Positions 1 through 10,300 of a stretch of 64,000 nucleotides of DNA are shown here, piece after piece. The notes beneath the pieces were generated by a model. The model made no database searches, was not told where the DNA came from, and saw nothing but the letters and a program-made list of their open reading frames with translations. The translations under genes and the position numbers were made by a program. This DNA comes from Candidatus Multivoradales bacterium. Lineage in GTDB: Bacteria; Acidobacteriota; Thermoanaerobaculia; Multivoradales; JAHEKO01. Location: NCBI GenBank assembly GCA_965223855.1, contig CBDCXM010000009.1, forward strand, positions 1,216,001-1,280,000, read 5' to 3'. Positions within the stretch are counted from its first letter, which is position 1, and the number at the start of each line of letters is the position of its first letter.

Positions 1-193
1 GGGCTCGCGGATCGAGATGCTGCTGCTGGAGCTCCCAGCACAGGCGGGCCGGCTCCAACGCGGCCGCAGCCTCCCCGGTCTGCAGGTGTCCGAGAGCTGC
101 GGCAAACAGCTCGGCGATCGCTGGCGGCGGTTCGGCGGCGGCAGCCGGCGCGACAGCGATCAGGGCGAGTGCGATCCCGATCGTCGACCTCAT
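1..193 (-). CDS. Secreted helical/TPR-like protein, 5' portion only (runs off the window start)
   Basis: Not in the ORF track because there is no stop in the window. ATG at 193 translates as MRSTIGIALALIAVAPAAAAEPPPAIAELFAAALGHLQTGEAAAALEPARLCWELQQQHLDPRA, a signal peptide followed by TPR-like helices. Co-directional with the GMC gene. Confidence 0.6.
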   Translation of the reverse strand, partial: MRSTIGIALALIAVAPAAAAEPPPAIAELFAAALGHLQTGEAAAALEPARLCWELQQQHLDPRA

Positions 194-278
194 CTTCGAG
201 ACTGGAGGCACCCAGGGTACCCCCTGCCTCTGTGAACGGGCGATCCGCCCGGGACGGGCCGGCGCTAGCCTGAGAAGG

Positions 279-1769
279 TCAGGCCAGGTGGTCGGCCATC
301 CGCAACGCCAGCGCCAGCAGCGTCAGCGTCGGGTTGGAGGTGCCCGAGGTCGGGAACACCGAGCTGCCGGCGATGTAGAGGTTGTCGACGCCGTGGACCT
401 TGCAGTCGGGATCGACGACGCCGCGCTTCGGATCCTCGTGCATCCGGGTCGTCCCCATGTGATGGAAGCTCCACTGGGTCCGCTCCAGCAGGTCTTCCTC
501 GGTGGTGAAGAGCATCATCCGGCCGCGGCCGTTGGCGCCGAGCCGCTCGGCCACGAGACGCGCCGTCTTCAGCAGGTTGAGCACGTCCTCGTCGCGCAGC
601 TGCCAGGCGAGGTGGGAGCGGCGCATGCCCAGCTCGTCGACCTCGTCGCCGAGGGTGACCCGGCAGTCCGGGTTGGGTTTCTGCTCCCCGTGGACGGTGA
701 CCCAACCGAAGTAGGAGTCGCCGCGATTGGCGGGTGGCTTGCGGCCGAGGCGCAGCTGGTCGATGGCGAAGCGGGCGATGTCCGGAGCGAGCTCGAGGCG
801 GCGCGTCTCCGGGATCGTCATGCGGTCGAGCACCACGAGGCCGTTGGGGAGTTGCCGACTCTCCTGCTCGTGGTCGGTGATCCGCAGCACGCCGCGGGCG
901 ATGTTCTCGCGCCCGCGGATGAACACCGGATCGTAGGCGCGCGGCACCGCCCGCTGCCAGTACGGGAAGGTGATGCGGCCGACCCGGGCGTGGAGGTGAT
1001 CCATGAAGTAGCGCCCGACGAGGTCGTGGTCGTTGCCGAGCCCGCCGCTCTGCACCCGGTCGTTGGCGAGCAGGATGCGGGCGTTCTCGATGGCCCCGGT
1101 TGCCAGCACGAAGTGGCGCGCCTTGAGCGTGAACTCCGGGCCGCCGATCGGCCGGGCGACGGCGCGGCGCACGGTGCGCGCCTGGCCGTCGGTGTCGAGG
1201 CGCGTCAGGTTGGCGTGGAGCAGGAGCTGAATCTTCTCGCTCCGCTCGAGCTCCTCCCGATAGCGCAGCGCGTACCGGGTCGGCGGGCTGATGTGGAAGA
1301 ACACCGTCTCGACGACGTCGTCGATGCGCAGTTGCTCGCTCGCCGTGGCGTCGTCGTAGTCGAACGGGCTGAGCTCGACTTCGCCGACGGCCTGCCGGTA
1401 GTAGGGCTCGAGAGCCTCGCGATCGAACGGCCACCCGACGTCGGCGACCCACGGGCGGAGCTTGAAGGTGTTGTTCTCGAGCGGCCGACACCAGCCGTTC
1501 CAGTGGTTGGTCGTCCCGCCCAGATAGCGCAGCCTCGTGGCGGCGAGGTAGTGATTCCGCTCATCGAGCAGGGTGCCGGTCTCGGTTCCGACGTAGAGCT
1601 CCTGCGTCGGCTGTTCGTAGGCGGGGCCGCCGCTCTCGAGCAGCAGGACCGACCTGCCCCGGGCCGCCAGTGCCCGCGCGAGCGTGATGCCCGCGGCACC
1701 GGCACCGGCGATGCAGACGTCGGCTTCGAAGCGTTCGCTGCCGGTGAGATCGTTGAGGTCGACGAGCAT
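279..1769 (-). CDS. GMC family FAD-dependent oxidoreductase
   Basis: N-terminal GAGAAG Rossmann motif, LGGTTNHW, and the C-terminal GMC signature HHMGTTRM...GVVD...VHGVDNLYIAGSSVFPT..SNPTLT. Confidence 0.93.
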   Translation of the reverse strand: MLVDLNDLTGSERFEADVCIAGAGAAGITLARALAARGRSVLLLESGGPAYEQPTQELYVGTETGTLLDERNHYLAATRLRYLGGTTNHWNGWCRPLENNTFKLRPWVADVGWPFDREALEPYYRQAVGEVELSPFDYDDATASEQLRIDDVVETVFFHISPPTRYALRYREELERSEKIQLLLHANLTRLDTDGQARTVRRAVARPIGGPEFTLKARHFVLATGAIENARILLANDRVQSGGLGNDHDLVGRYFMDHLHARVGRITFPYWQRAVPRAYDPVFIRGRENIARGVLRITDHEQESRQLPNGLVVLDRMTIPETRRLELAPDIARFAIDQLRLGRKPPANRGDSYFGWVTVHGEQKPNPDCRVTLGDEVDELGMRRSHLAWQLRDEDVLNLLKTARLVAERLGANGRGRMMLFTTEEDLLERTQWSFHHMGTTRMHEDPKRGVVDPDCKVHGVDNLYIAGSSVFPTSGTSNPTLTLLALALRMADHLA

Positions 1770-1864
1770 CGGGAGTTCCGCGAAGCGGCGAGTCTAACCT
1801 TCCGGCCCGGCTGGAACGATCGCGGATGGGGAAGGGCAGCTGTCCGGGCGGGTAGGATCGCGCG

Positions 1865-2983
1865 ATGGAGGGTGTGCTTCGAGCGGAGGTCTCGGCGGGT
1901 GCCTTCGCCCACAACGTCGGTCGCCTCCGCGAGCGGCTGCCGGAGCGCGTCGAGATCTGCGCCGTGGTGAAGGCGGATGCCTACGGGCACGGTCTCGAGG
2001 TCGTCGTGCCGAGGCTCGCTCCGCTGGTCGACCGGATGGCGGTGACGCTGCCGTCGACCGCTCTCAGGCTGCGCGAGCTCGGCTGGCGGGGCCCGGTACT
2101 GACCTTCTTTCGGGCACTCGGCGCCGTTCCCGCAGGCGAGCTGAGGGACACGCTGGAGGCACAGATCGCCGCCGGCGTCACGCTGACGATCACCTCGGCC
2201 GACGATCTCGCACCGATCGAGGCCGCCGCCGCCGCTGTCGGTCGCGAGGCCGAAGTGCACCTGAAGCTGGATACCGGGATGACGCGCAGCGGCGTCCTGG
2301 TCGGAGGGGCGCGACCGGTCGTCGAGGCGTGTGCCGCCTCGCCGGTCCGTCTGGCCGGCGTCTACACGCAACTGGCGAGCGCCGACTCGGCCGATCTCGG
2401 ATCTGCACACGCGCAGCTCGACCGCTTCGACGACCTTCTGGAGGGCGCGCCGCCGGTGACCCGTCACGCGGCGAACTCGGCCGGCGTGCTCGCCCTGCCG
2501 CGGTCTCACTACGATCTTGTCCGGCCGGGCCTCGCGCTCTACGGCGCCTATCCGAGCGTCGCCATGGCACGCCCCCTCGACCTGCGACCGGCGCTTCGTG
2601 TCGTCGCGAGGCTGATCGAGACCAAGACCGCCCCCGCCGGAAGCGCGACCGGGTACGGCGGCACCCACACCTTTGCCGAGGCGACGCCGATCGGGCTGGT
2701 GCCGATCGGGTATGCGGACGGGTACCCCCGCCGTCTCGGGGGTGTGGCGACGATGAGGCTCCGTGGCCGGGACGTCCCGGTGTGTGGCCGCGTGTCGATG
2801 GACCAGGCGGTCGTCGACCTTTCCGCGGTGCCGGAAGCTCGGGTCGGCGACGAGATCGAGGTGATCTCGAACGACCCCGATGCTCCGCACAGCCTCGAGC
2901 GGCTGGCCGCGCTCGCCGACACGATCCCGTACGAGATCTGCTGCGCACTCGGTGCGCGCGCCACCAGGATCGGAGTAGCCTAG
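1865..2983 (+). CDS. alr: Alanine racemase
   Basis: AVVKADAYGHG PLP-lysine motif, HLKLDTGM.R, RPGLALYG, GYADG, GRVSMDQ, TIPYE. Confidence 0.96.
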   Translation: MEGVLRAEVSAGAFAHNVGRLRERLPERVEICAVVKADAYGHGLEVVVPRLAPLVDRMAVTLPSTALRLRELGWRGPVLTFFRALGAVPAGELRDTLEAQIAAGVTLTITSADDLAPIEAAAAAVGREAEVHLKLDTGMTRSGVLVGGARPVVEACAASPVRLAGVYTQLASADSADLGSAHAQLDRFDDLLEGAPPVTRHAANSAGVLALPRSHYDLVRPGLALYGAYPSVAMARPLDLRPALRVVARLIETKTAPAGSATGYGGTHTFAEATPIGLVPIGYADGYPRRLGGVATMRLRGRDVPVCGRVSMDQAVVDLSAVPEARVGDEIEVISNDPDAPHSLERLAALADTIPYEICCALGARATRIGVA

Positions 2984-3031
2984 TGAGCGGCAAGCCCCGA
3001 TAAGGGAGTTGCCGTCCACCAGGGATTCCCC

Positions 3032-4735
3032 ATGCGGCTCGAACGACGACTCCGACACGCCCGCGGTGACGACCCGGTCGATCTCGTCCTGACGAACGCC
3101 AGGGTGGTCAACGTCTTCACCCACGAGATCGAGGAACTCGACGTCGCGATCGCCGGTTCGTGGATCGTCGGCCTCGGCAGCTACGAGGGGCGCGAGACGA
3201 TCGACCTCGGGGGAGCGTTCGTCGCTCCCGGCCTGATCGACGCCCACGTCCACATCGAGAGCGCCATGGTGCCGCCTTCCGAGTTCGGCCGAGCGGTGGT
3301 GCCGATGGGGACGACGACGGTGGTGACCGATCCCCACGAGATCGCGAACGTCCACGGCCTCGACGGCATCCGCTTCATGGCGGAGAGCGCCCGCCACGGA
3401 GTGTTGTCGATGTACATCATGGCGTCGTCGTGTGTTCCGGCGACCCACATGGAGACGAGCGGCGCGACGCTCGAGGCGGACGATCTTGCAACGCTCAAGG
3501 GGAGTCCCTGGCTCCTGGGGCTCGCCGAGGTGATGAACTTCCCCGGCGTCGTCCATGGCGACGAGCGGGTGCTCGCCAAGATCGACGCCTTCTCGGGGCT
3601 GGCGGTCGATGGGCACTGCCCCGGGCTGTCGGGCCGCGAGCTCAACGCCTACGTGGCGGCGGGCATCGGCTCGGACCACGAGTGCACGACAGCGGACGAA
3701 GCGCGCGAGAAGCTCCGCCGCGGGATGACGCTCCTCGTGCGCGAGGCGACCAACGCCCGCAACCTCGAGGCGCTGCTGCCGCTGGTGACGCCCGAGACCC
3801 TGGCGCGAATCTGCCTGTGCACCGACGACCGGACGCCGGCTCACCTGCTCGACGAAGGGCACATCGACGACATGGTGCGGTGCGCCATCGCCGGCGGTCT
3901 CGATCCGATCGTCGCGATCCGGCTGGCGACGCTCAACACCGCCGAGTACTTCGGCCTGCGGGATCGCGGAGCGGTCGCACCGGGGCGCCGAGCCGATCTG
4001 ATCGTGTTCGACGACCTCGCCTCACCGCGGCCGCGCGTCGTCATTCGGGGCGGCCGCGTCGTGGCGCGCGACCGGACGCTCCTCGACGGCGTCTCCGGAG
4101 CCCGCTCGGGAATGCTCCCCAACTCGATTCACGTCGACTGGGAGTCGGTCGAGCTCGCCGTCCCGGCGGCGGGCGAGCGGGTGCGGGTCATCGGCTCGAT
4201 CCCCGACCAGCTCGTCACCGAGGCTCGGGAGGAACGGGCGCTGATCGTCGACGGTCACGCCGTGGCCGACCCTTCGCGCGACCTGCTCAAGATGGCGGTC
4301 CTCGAGCGCCACCGAGCGAGCGGCGCGGTCGGGCTCGGGTTTCTGGCCGGCTTCGGGCTCCAGCGCGGCGCGCTCGCCTCGACCGTCGCCCACGACCATC
4401 ACAACCTGGTCGTCGTCGGCGCCGACGACACGTCGATGCGCACCGCGGCCGAGCACGCTGAGCGCATCGGCGGCGGCCTCGTCGTCGCCGAGGGCGAACA
4501 GGTCGTCGCCGACGTGCCGCTACCGCTCGCCGGCCTGATGAGCGACCGCCCGATCGAGGAGGTCCGCGACGGCCTCGACGCCGCGATCGCCGCCTCCCGC
4601 GAGCGTGGCGCGACGCTCGAAGACCCGTTCATGGCCCTGAGCTTCATGGCCCTCGAGGTCATCCCGAGCCTCAAGCTGACCGACCAGGGCCTCGTCGACG
4701 TCGATCGTTTCGAGATCGTTCCGCTCTGGGTCTGA
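3032..4735 (+). CDS. ade: Adenine deaminase
   Basis: PGLIDAHVHIES, DPHEIANV, LAEVMNFPG, DGHCP, SDHE, CTDD, STVAHDHHN, FMALSF.AL.VIP.LKLTD.GL. Confidence 0.95.
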   Translation: MRLERRLRHARGDDPVDLVLTNARVVNVFTHEIEELDVAIAGSWIVGLGSYEGRETIDLGGAFVAPGLIDAHVHIESAMVPPSEFGRAVVPMGTTTVVTDPHEIANVHGLDGIRFMAESARHGVLSMYIMASSCVPATHMETSGATLEADDLATLKGSPWLLGLAEVMNFPGVVHGDERVLAKIDAFSGLAVDGHCPGLSGRELNAYVAAGIGSDHECTTADEAREKLRRGMTLLVREATNARNLEALLPLVTPETLARICLCTDDRTPAHLLDEGHIDDMVRCAIAGGLDPIVAIRLATLNTAEYFGLRDRGAVAPGRRADLIVFDDLASPRPRVVIRGGRVVARDRTLLDGVSGARSGMLPNSIHVDWESVELAVPAAGERVRVIGSIPDQLVTEAREERALIVDGHAVADPSRDLLKMAVLERHRASGAVGLGFLAGFGLQRGALASTVAHDHHNLVVVGADDTSMRTAAEHAERIGGGLVVAEGEQVVADVPLPLAGLMSDRPIEEVRDGLDAAIAASRERGATLEDPFMALSFMALEVIPSLKLTDQGLVDVDRFEIVPLWV

Positions 4736-4842
4736 TCCGCTCGGCCGGATTGTTCGGTTCACCTGACTGGAGCGAGCTCGAAGGCTTGCTGCACTGACCG
4801 GGGACCGGTGCTGGCAGGGCAGTTGCATTCTCGCTCCAGTGG

Positions 4843-5634
4843 ATGAGGTTGTTTGTGCCACTGCTGCTTTGGTGCCTGTCGCCGGTGCTCAATGCGGAGG
4901 TCGCTGCTGAGTCGTCGGGGCCGCGACTGGCTCTCCACCAAGACTCCGATGTCTCCTGCGGAGAGCACTGCCTGTGGGTGAAGCTGGCAGGAGAGTCGCC
5001 GGAGAGGGTCGCTCCGGTCGCCGAGTACCTCCTCGGGACTATCGTCGACGAGCTGGATCAGCGGCACAGGGGCGTGCCTGGGGAGCACGACCTCGCTGCG
5101 GTGAAGAGGGCTGTTTCGAAGCTGGTTCGACACGGAAGCTGGCACGACGAATGGGGGCGCCGACTCGCTGTGAGGCCCGGGACCTACGAAGGTCCCCAAG
5201 GTGGAGTGAGGTCGGTGGAACTCCTCAGTCTCGGCGCCGACGGTCGGCGGGACACGAGCGACGACGTGAGGCTCGCCGCATTCACTGCAGGCCTCTCGGT
5301 CGTCTTGCTGCCCGACGCCGTGGGAGTGCCGCCACTAGGGGGAACCCTGGTCGCCATGGTCGTGGACGATCAGGGTGAGCCCTTGCCCGCTGTCACGGTC
5401 GCAGTTGAGAACTCGGAGGTGTCGCGGGTGCTGGCTACCGATGAGAAGGGACGTGCCGTCTTCGAGGGTCTGGTCGTCGGCCGCTACACAGTGAACGTCG
5501 AGTTGGACGGCTTCTCCCCCGTCATCTACCCCGACGTGACGATCGACGAACGCTCGGCGCGGGGTCTCTCGATCGAGCTCTTCCCAGCGATCGAGTGCTG
5601 GATCGAGATCTCGGCCTCCGGTGACGGGAACTGA
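4843..5634 (+). CDS. Secreted protein with a GspG-like motif and a C-terminal carboxypeptidase-regulatory-like domain
   Basis: Signal peptide. DEWGRRL...LLSLGADGRRDTSDD resembles the T2SS-G C-terminus. VVDDQGEPLPAVTV...TDEKG...FEGL..GRYTV.VELDGF fits CarboxypepD_reg. Confidence 0.6.
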   Translation: MRLFVPLLLWCLSPVLNAEVAAESSGPRLALHQDSDVSCGEHCLWVKLAGESPERVAPVAEYLLGTIVDELDQRHRGVPGEHDLAAVKRAVSKLVRHGSWHDEWGRRLAVRPGTYEGPQGGVRSVELLSLGADGRRDTSDDVRLAAFTAGLSVVLLPDAVGVPPLGGTLVAMVVDDQGEPLPAVTVAVENSEVSRVLATDEKGRAVFEGLVVGRYTVNVELDGFSPVIYPDVTIDERSARGLSIELFPAIECWIEISASGDGN

Positions 5635-5778
5635 GGAAGCTGATCGCCTGAGTCTGACTGCCCGAAAATTCGATCGTTGAAGGCAGGCTCCTGAAGCGGA
5701 TGGCGCTGAGACCGCCGTTGCGCGACTCGTCCTCCCTCCGCGGCGCCACGAGGTCGCGGCTCGGGACTGAGCGCCCGC

Positions 5779-7161
5779 TCAGGGGACCGTCGTCGACCAG
5801 GCGGTGGTGTCGCCCGACTCGAATCCGTCTTCGAAGAGCGGCGCATCGAGTTCGAACTGGACCTCGAGCGCCTTGACGGTGAAGCCGTCCCACCACCAGT
5901 TGCTGGCGCACGCGGGCCGCGGGCCGACGGTCCAGCGGAACTCGTTCGTTCCCGCCACCAGCTCGCCCGGATCGAGGGGCAGCCGGAAGCTCGCCCAGCC
6001 GCTCTGACCGCACTCGGGAGGGTCGCCGCCATCGACGGAGTAGTCGATGGGGTGGACGACCCGGTTCGCTCCGCCGTTGACGCTCAGTAGCACCTGGCCG
6101 TTCATCGCGCCGTGGAGCTGACCGGCCAGCACCGGTAGCGATCCCAGGTGCGGCAGGTCGATCGTCGCGGTCTCGTTGTCGCCGATCGGGCGGTTGCCGT
6201 TGGCCTCGAGGTAGACCAGCCCGGTGGCTTCGAACGACTCCCACCTCCCTGTGACCGGGCCGTCGAAGCGCAGGTTGTCCCAGTGAAAGGTGAACTGGTC
6301 GAAGTTGTCGTCGTTGTTGGGGGTGTAGGCGTGGGTCTTGAAGAGCACGACACCGCGGTCGAAGGGGAGCCCTCCCGTCACCGTGACTCCCCAGGTGTCG
6401 AAGCTGCCGTCCTCCTTCTCGATCGACCAGTCGATGCGGTCGGCCGAGAGCTCGACCCGCATCCGTCTGCGGATGCGCCGGTCGTCGAGAGCCGGGTCGG
6501 CCGGGTCGATGACGCGCCAGTCGCGCCAGTCGCCATCGTCGACGAGCCAGCCGCCCGGCGCGACGTCGCCGCTGCCGACAGCGATCGAGCGGCGTGAGCC
6601 GGGCGAGAAGTCGAGGACGATCCGCTCGCGCGGGTAGGTCTCGGAGATCGGCAGCCACTCGCGGGCGGCGCCGATCTTCATCTGCTCCCGGGGCGCGATC
6701 AGCACCTCCCACCACGACCGGGAGTGGCCGTCGTTGATGTTGACGTCGAACTCGAGGACGCCGCCGTCGGCGAAGTCGAACTCCTGACGGGTCCAGAAGG
6801 CGCTCACCGAGTACCCCTCGACGTGGCCCATCGACGACATCATGTGCTGCCGGCAGATGAAGAAGCTCTCGTCGGGATCGGCGCCGTTCGAGCCGTGACT
6901 GGTGACGACCGGGTGCTGCGCCGGGTTCGGGGGAGCGGGGCCGGCGCAGTCCGGACCGTGGTCGGCCGGAAACGGGTCGAATCCCGGCTCGTGATCGCGC
7001 GGATGGGTGCGGTGAGTGGCGACGAAGTCGAAGTGGTCGGGCAGGAGCGCCTGCGACGGCGCCGCCGGGTCGAGCCCATCGAAGGTCTCCTCGAAAGCCC
7101 ACTGGGCGCCCGCGGGCGCCGTCGTCAGAAGGACAACGAGTAGGGTGAGAGTGGAACGCAT
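5779..7161 (-). CDS. Secreted hypothetical protein (beta-rich, jelly-roll-like) with C-terminal FxDGFESGD tag
   Basis: Signal peptide MRSTLTLLVVLLTTAPAGA, a FHWDNLRFDG strand, and the C-terminus LFEDGFESGDTTAWSTTVP. Confidence 0.8.
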   Translation of the reverse strand: MRSTLTLLVVLLTTAPAGAQWAFEETFDGLDPAAPSQALLPDHFDFVATHRTHPRDHEPGFDPFPADHGPDCAGPAPPNPAQHPVVTSHGSNGADPDESFFICRQHMMSSMGHVEGYSVSAFWTRQEFDFADGGVLEFDVNINDGHSRSWWEVLIAPREQMKIGAAREWLPISETYPRERIVLDFSPGSRRSIAVGSGDVAPGGWLVDDGDWRDWRVIDPADPALDDRRIRRRMRVELSADRIDWSIEKEDGSFDTWGVTVTGGLPFDRGVVLFKTHAYTPNNDDNFDQFTFHWDNLRFDGPVTGRWESFEATGLVYLEANGNRPIGDNETATIDLPHLGSLPVLAGQLHGAMNGQVLLSVNGGANRVVHPIDYSVDGGDPPECGQSGWASFRLPLDPGELVAGTNEFRWTVGPRPACASNWWWDGFTVKALEVQFELDAPLFEDGFESGDTTAWSTTVP

Positions 7162-7355
7162 GGCGACCTCCTGCGGTCACTGTGACTTGCTCACCGCACT
7201 CCGGCGATGAACCGCTCCATAGCCTCACTGTGGACTCTCGACGCCTCCCGCCAGGAGACGGGCCCGGCCGCTTCGGATGGGAGGCGGACTGCTAACATCG
7301 CGCCGTCTATCTGTCTTTCTTTTGTTGACGTTCGGGATCCGGGGAAGGGACCTTC

Positions 7356-10300
7356 ATGCTTCGCGTCATCGTGGTTTTCGTCGCCGCCCTCGTGTGGGCT
7401 GCGGCCGCGTCGATCGCCGAGACCGTTCGCACTACCGGTCGGCTGAACCTGCGCCAGGAGCCGTCTACCGACAGCCAGCGGGTCGTGCTGCTCGAGGCCG
7501 GACAGGAACTCGAGGTGCTTGCACGGCGGGGGGTCTGGATTCAGGTTCGCACCGGCAACGCGGACGGCTGGGTGCACGCCGACTACGTCACGTCGGCATC
7601 GGAGGACGAGGAGACGGCCCTGCGCAACGCGTCGCTCGCCGCCGATGTCGCGCGCCTGAGGGTCGAGCAGCTCGAGAAGGAGCTCGCTTCGCTGCGCGCG
7701 GAGGGGGGAAGCGAGGTGGCGGCCGCGCTGCGAACCGAGATCGAGGAGCTGCGGGAGGCGATGGCGGACAAGGATCGCCAGATCGCCGCCCTGGAGGAAG
7801 GGGCGGGGCAGCTCTCGTCGGTGGCCAACGCCGAGCGGCTCGAGCTCCTCGGCCGGGTCGAGGAGCTCACGGCGGAGCGTGACGCGCTGCTGGCTGCGTC
7901 GGACGGTGGAAGTGCTGCCGGGGAGCCGGCGGCGACACCCCGGTCGGACGAGCAGGTGGCGGCCCTGGAGTCCGAGATCGCCGACCTGCGCTCGCGACTC
8001 GACGACCGCGAGCGGCAGGTGGCAACCCTCGAGGCGGCCGGCGCCGACCAGGCTGCCACCGCGTCCGAACTGCAGGCGCTGAGGGAGGCGCTCGATCGGG
8101 AGACCGGGGAGAAGGAACTCGCCGAATCGGAGCGGATCGTGGCGCGCCGGGAGGCGGAGGAGCTCGCCGGCGCGCTGGAAGAGCAGCAAGCCTGGCGCAG
8201 CGACGCGGAAGGCGAGCTGACGCAGCTCGCTGAGGAGAACTCCCGACTGGCCGGTCAGCTCGAGGAGCTCGAGGGTCGTCGGCAGCAGGAGACGTCGGAG
8301 GCGACCCGAGCGGGGGACGAGAGGGTCCGAGAGCTCGAGGCGGCCCTTGCCGAGGCGCGGTCGCTGGCGGCGTCTCAGGAGGGGGCTCGCGGTGAGGTGG
8401 AGTCGGCGCTCGCCGCGGAGAGGGAGCAACGCACCCGCGTCGAACAGCAGTTGGCCGACGCGGAGCGGAGCCTCGCCGAGCGGACGCAGTCGCTCGACGG
8501 CAGCCGGGACGAGAGCGAAGCCCTCGTGTCCCAGCTCGACTCGGCGCGTACCGAGCTGGCTGCGGCCCTCGAGCGCGCCGAGGAGCAGTCCGTCGCCGTT
8601 GCGGCGCTGGAGCAGCGTCTCGCCGCGCAGGCCGAGACGCTGCGCGGGGCGGGAGTCGAGTCGGAGGCCGAACGCAGCCGCTCCGCGGATCTCGAGGCGC
8701 GACTCGCCGCGGCGACGGCTTCGGCGGCGGAGAAGAGCGCACGGGTCGAGGAGCTGGAAAGCGCCCTCGCCGAAGCCGAAGCCGCCGCGGAAGCCTTGAA
8801 TCGCACGGTGTCCGACCTGCGCGGCGAACTCGGCGGGCGACGCCAGCTCGACGAACAGGCGGAGGGTCGTGCATCGGAGCTTGCGGCGAACCTCGAGCAG
8901 GCGACGACCGAACTGGCCGCGGCGAACGCCCGCGAGCAGGCTCTGTCGGAGCGTTTCGAGGCGCTCAGAGAGCTCGAGGCCCGGTTGAGGACCGACCTGG
9001 CCACTGCGCGGGCCGATCTCGAAGCCGGCCTCGAGCGTCAGGGGCAATTGCAGGACCGGTTGGGGACGGGAGACCGCAGACTGGAAGAGGCGGCTGCGAC
9101 GGCGCAGCAGCATCTCGAGACGATCGCCGAGCTGGAGACGGCCAACGCCGGGCTCGAGGCGCGCCTGGAGGCGGCGCTGCGACAGCAGTCGATCGGCGTC
9201 GGCGAAGCGCGCCTTCAGGCGGCGAGCGCGACGGAGCTGGAGCGAGAGCTCGAGCAGCTGCGGCAGCAGCTCGGTGCCGCCGTCGCTCGATCGGAAGCGC
9301 TCGAAGCCGAGCTCGACCGGGCCCGCGAACTCGGCACGAGCGCCCGCACGAGACTGGGCGAGCTGGCGCAGGGTGTCGCGCGGATGAGCGATCTCGAGGT
9401 CGAGCTGGAAGCGGCGCGAGCGAGTCTCGCCCGCGAGCGGCAGGCTCGCCTGGCGGCCGAGGAGCTCTCTCGCGACCTGGGCGCCGAGCGTTCGTCGGTG
9501 GAGTCGCGCGAGCTCGCCGAGCGGGCGGAGAGGATCGAGGGCCTCGGCAGGGAGGTGGCAGAGGTCCGGGCCGACCAGCAACGCGCCGCGGAAGAGCTGA
9601 CGCGAGTGACGGCCGAAGTCGTCGCCGCACGGGCGGCACTGGCAGCGGCCCTGGATCGGAGCTCCGGTCTGGCCGGCGTCGCCGACGACCTGCAGGAGCG
9701 CGAGATCGAGCTGGCCGACCTGCGAGAGCGGCTGTCGTCGGCCGAGAGGGGCAGAGAGGAGTTGTCCCGTGAGCTCGAGGCACGCACGACCGAGGTCGCG
9801 GCAGCCCGGACGAGTGCCGAGCAGCTCTCCAGCGAGCTCGAGAGCCTGCAGATCTCCTCACGCGACGAGGCGCAGCGCATGAGCGCCGAGAAGACGGAGG
9901 TGGAGACACGTTTGGCGAGCCTCCGCGACCAGCTGTCGGAGACCTCCGGCAGCGCGGCGGCCGCTCGCGAGGCGCTCGAAGCCGAGCTCGCGACCGCACG
10001 GCGCAGTCTCGAGTTCGCCCAGGCCGAACTGGCCGACGAACGCGCGGCACGCGCCGGCGTCGAGGAGGAGCTGGCGGAGGTGCGAGACAGCGGGGCTCAG
10101 CGGGTCGCGGCGGTCGAGCAGCAGCAGACCGGCCTCGAAGCGAGCCTCCGACAGGCGGAGGCACTCACTTCTGAACTCCGGGAGCGGCTCGATGCGAGGA
10201 CGGCACAAGCGGCGTCCTCCGGAGAGCGCGTCTCCGCCCTCGAGCAGGAGCTGGAGATCGCCGTCGAGGAGCTCGCCGCCGCTCGCCGCGAGCTCGGCGG

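Noticed and set aside
17-235. 72-aa plus-strand ORF
   Set aside because: It is the antisense shadow of a more convincing minus-strand signal-peptide gene starting at 193.
1205-3862. 885-aa minus-strand ORF, and similar long antisense ORFs (7191-9581, 14423-17182, 21345-24692, 45190-47337, 47350-49299)
   Set aside because: They mirror well-supported genes on the other strand, lack recognisable motifs, and are expected from stop-codon scarcity in high-GC DNA.
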